In this document: piece by piece, positions 63,737-64,000 of the stretch
Position numbering within the stretch: position 1 is the stretch's first letter
How the letters are laid out: every line of letters starts with the position of its first letter
Assembly (NCBI GenBank): GCA_003230085.1
Contig: QIGV01000154.1
Location: 1,702-65,701, forward strand
Reading direction: 5' to 3'
DNA: 64,000 bases
From: Gammaproteobacteria bacterium
Lineage (GTDB): Bacteria > Pseudomonadota > Gammaproteobacteria > SZUA-140
Notes under the pieces: generated by a model
The model's database searches: none
What the model was told of the DNA's origin: nothing
What the model saw: only the letters and a program-made list of their open reading frames with translations
Position numbers and translations under genes: made by a program

Positions 63737-64000
63737 CAGCAGGATGGAAACAGATAGCCGGGTTGGTCCTGTTGCTACTCGCGCTTGCTGCCTGCAGTTC
63801 AAAGCCCACCGAAATAGATAATGAACCGAGAACACCGGCAGAAATCAATGCCGAGCTGGGTATGCGCTATATGCAGCAGGGGAATCTGGATATCGCGCTG
63901 AAAAAACTAAAGCGCGCATTGGAACAGGACCCCGATCTTGCGGTAGGACATCACTATATGGCGCTGCTTTATCAGCATTATGATTCTGACGAAGAGGCTG
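63733..64000 (+). CDS. pilF: type IV pilus biogenesis TPR lipoprotein PilF/PilW-like; 3' end lies outside the window
   Basis: ATG overlaps the rlmN stop (ATGA). [23 protein letters not shown] lipoprotein signal followed by TPR-like [27 protein letters not shown]. Position matches Pseudomonas ndk-rlmN-pilF. Confidence 0.7.
   Translation, partial: MTAGWKQIAGLVLLLLALAACSSKPTEIDNEPRTPAEINAELGMRYMQQGNLDIALKKLKRALEQDPDLAVGHHYMALLYQHYDSDEEA

Overview
This 64-kb window is a gammaproteobacterial-type chromosomal segment of mostly housekeeping genes, and much of the gene order matches E. coli or Pseudomonas. Conserved blocks are argG; metA; smpB-ssrA-ratA-ratB-bamE-fur-recN-nadK; hrcA...grpE-dnaK-dnaJ-dapB; yfjD/corC-ypjD-ffh-rpsP-rimM-trmD-rplS; ogt-xerD-dsbC; fdxA-mutS; suhB/trmJ; cysE-iscR-nifS-iscSUA-hscBA-fdx-iscX; ldtD/mepK; and ndk-rlmN-pilF. 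Accessory or unusual content is as follows. (1) The tmRNA gene ssrA appears to be split in its T-loop by a ~274-nt group I intron. A truncated LAGLIDADG endonuclease ORF and a GNAT/RHH (TacAT-type) toxin-antitoxin pair sit immediately 3' of it. (2) There are two tandem paralogous ~530-aa methyltransferases of the PKMT-like 'methyltransferase regulatory domain' type. (3) A shikimate-kinase-fold P-loop protein lies directly upstream of metA. (4) A 2.5-kb lipoprotein gene made of ~14 near-identical tandem beta-propeller-type repeats is inserted between hrcA and grpE. (5) An AddAB-type helicase-nuclease pair is present. (6) The mepK (ycbK/DUF882) gene is frameshifted at a C8 homopolymer and its 5' end is occupied by a REP-like element. 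(7) Three distinct families of intergenic palindromic repeats recur across the window. No CRISPR array, rRNA or tRNA gene was found.
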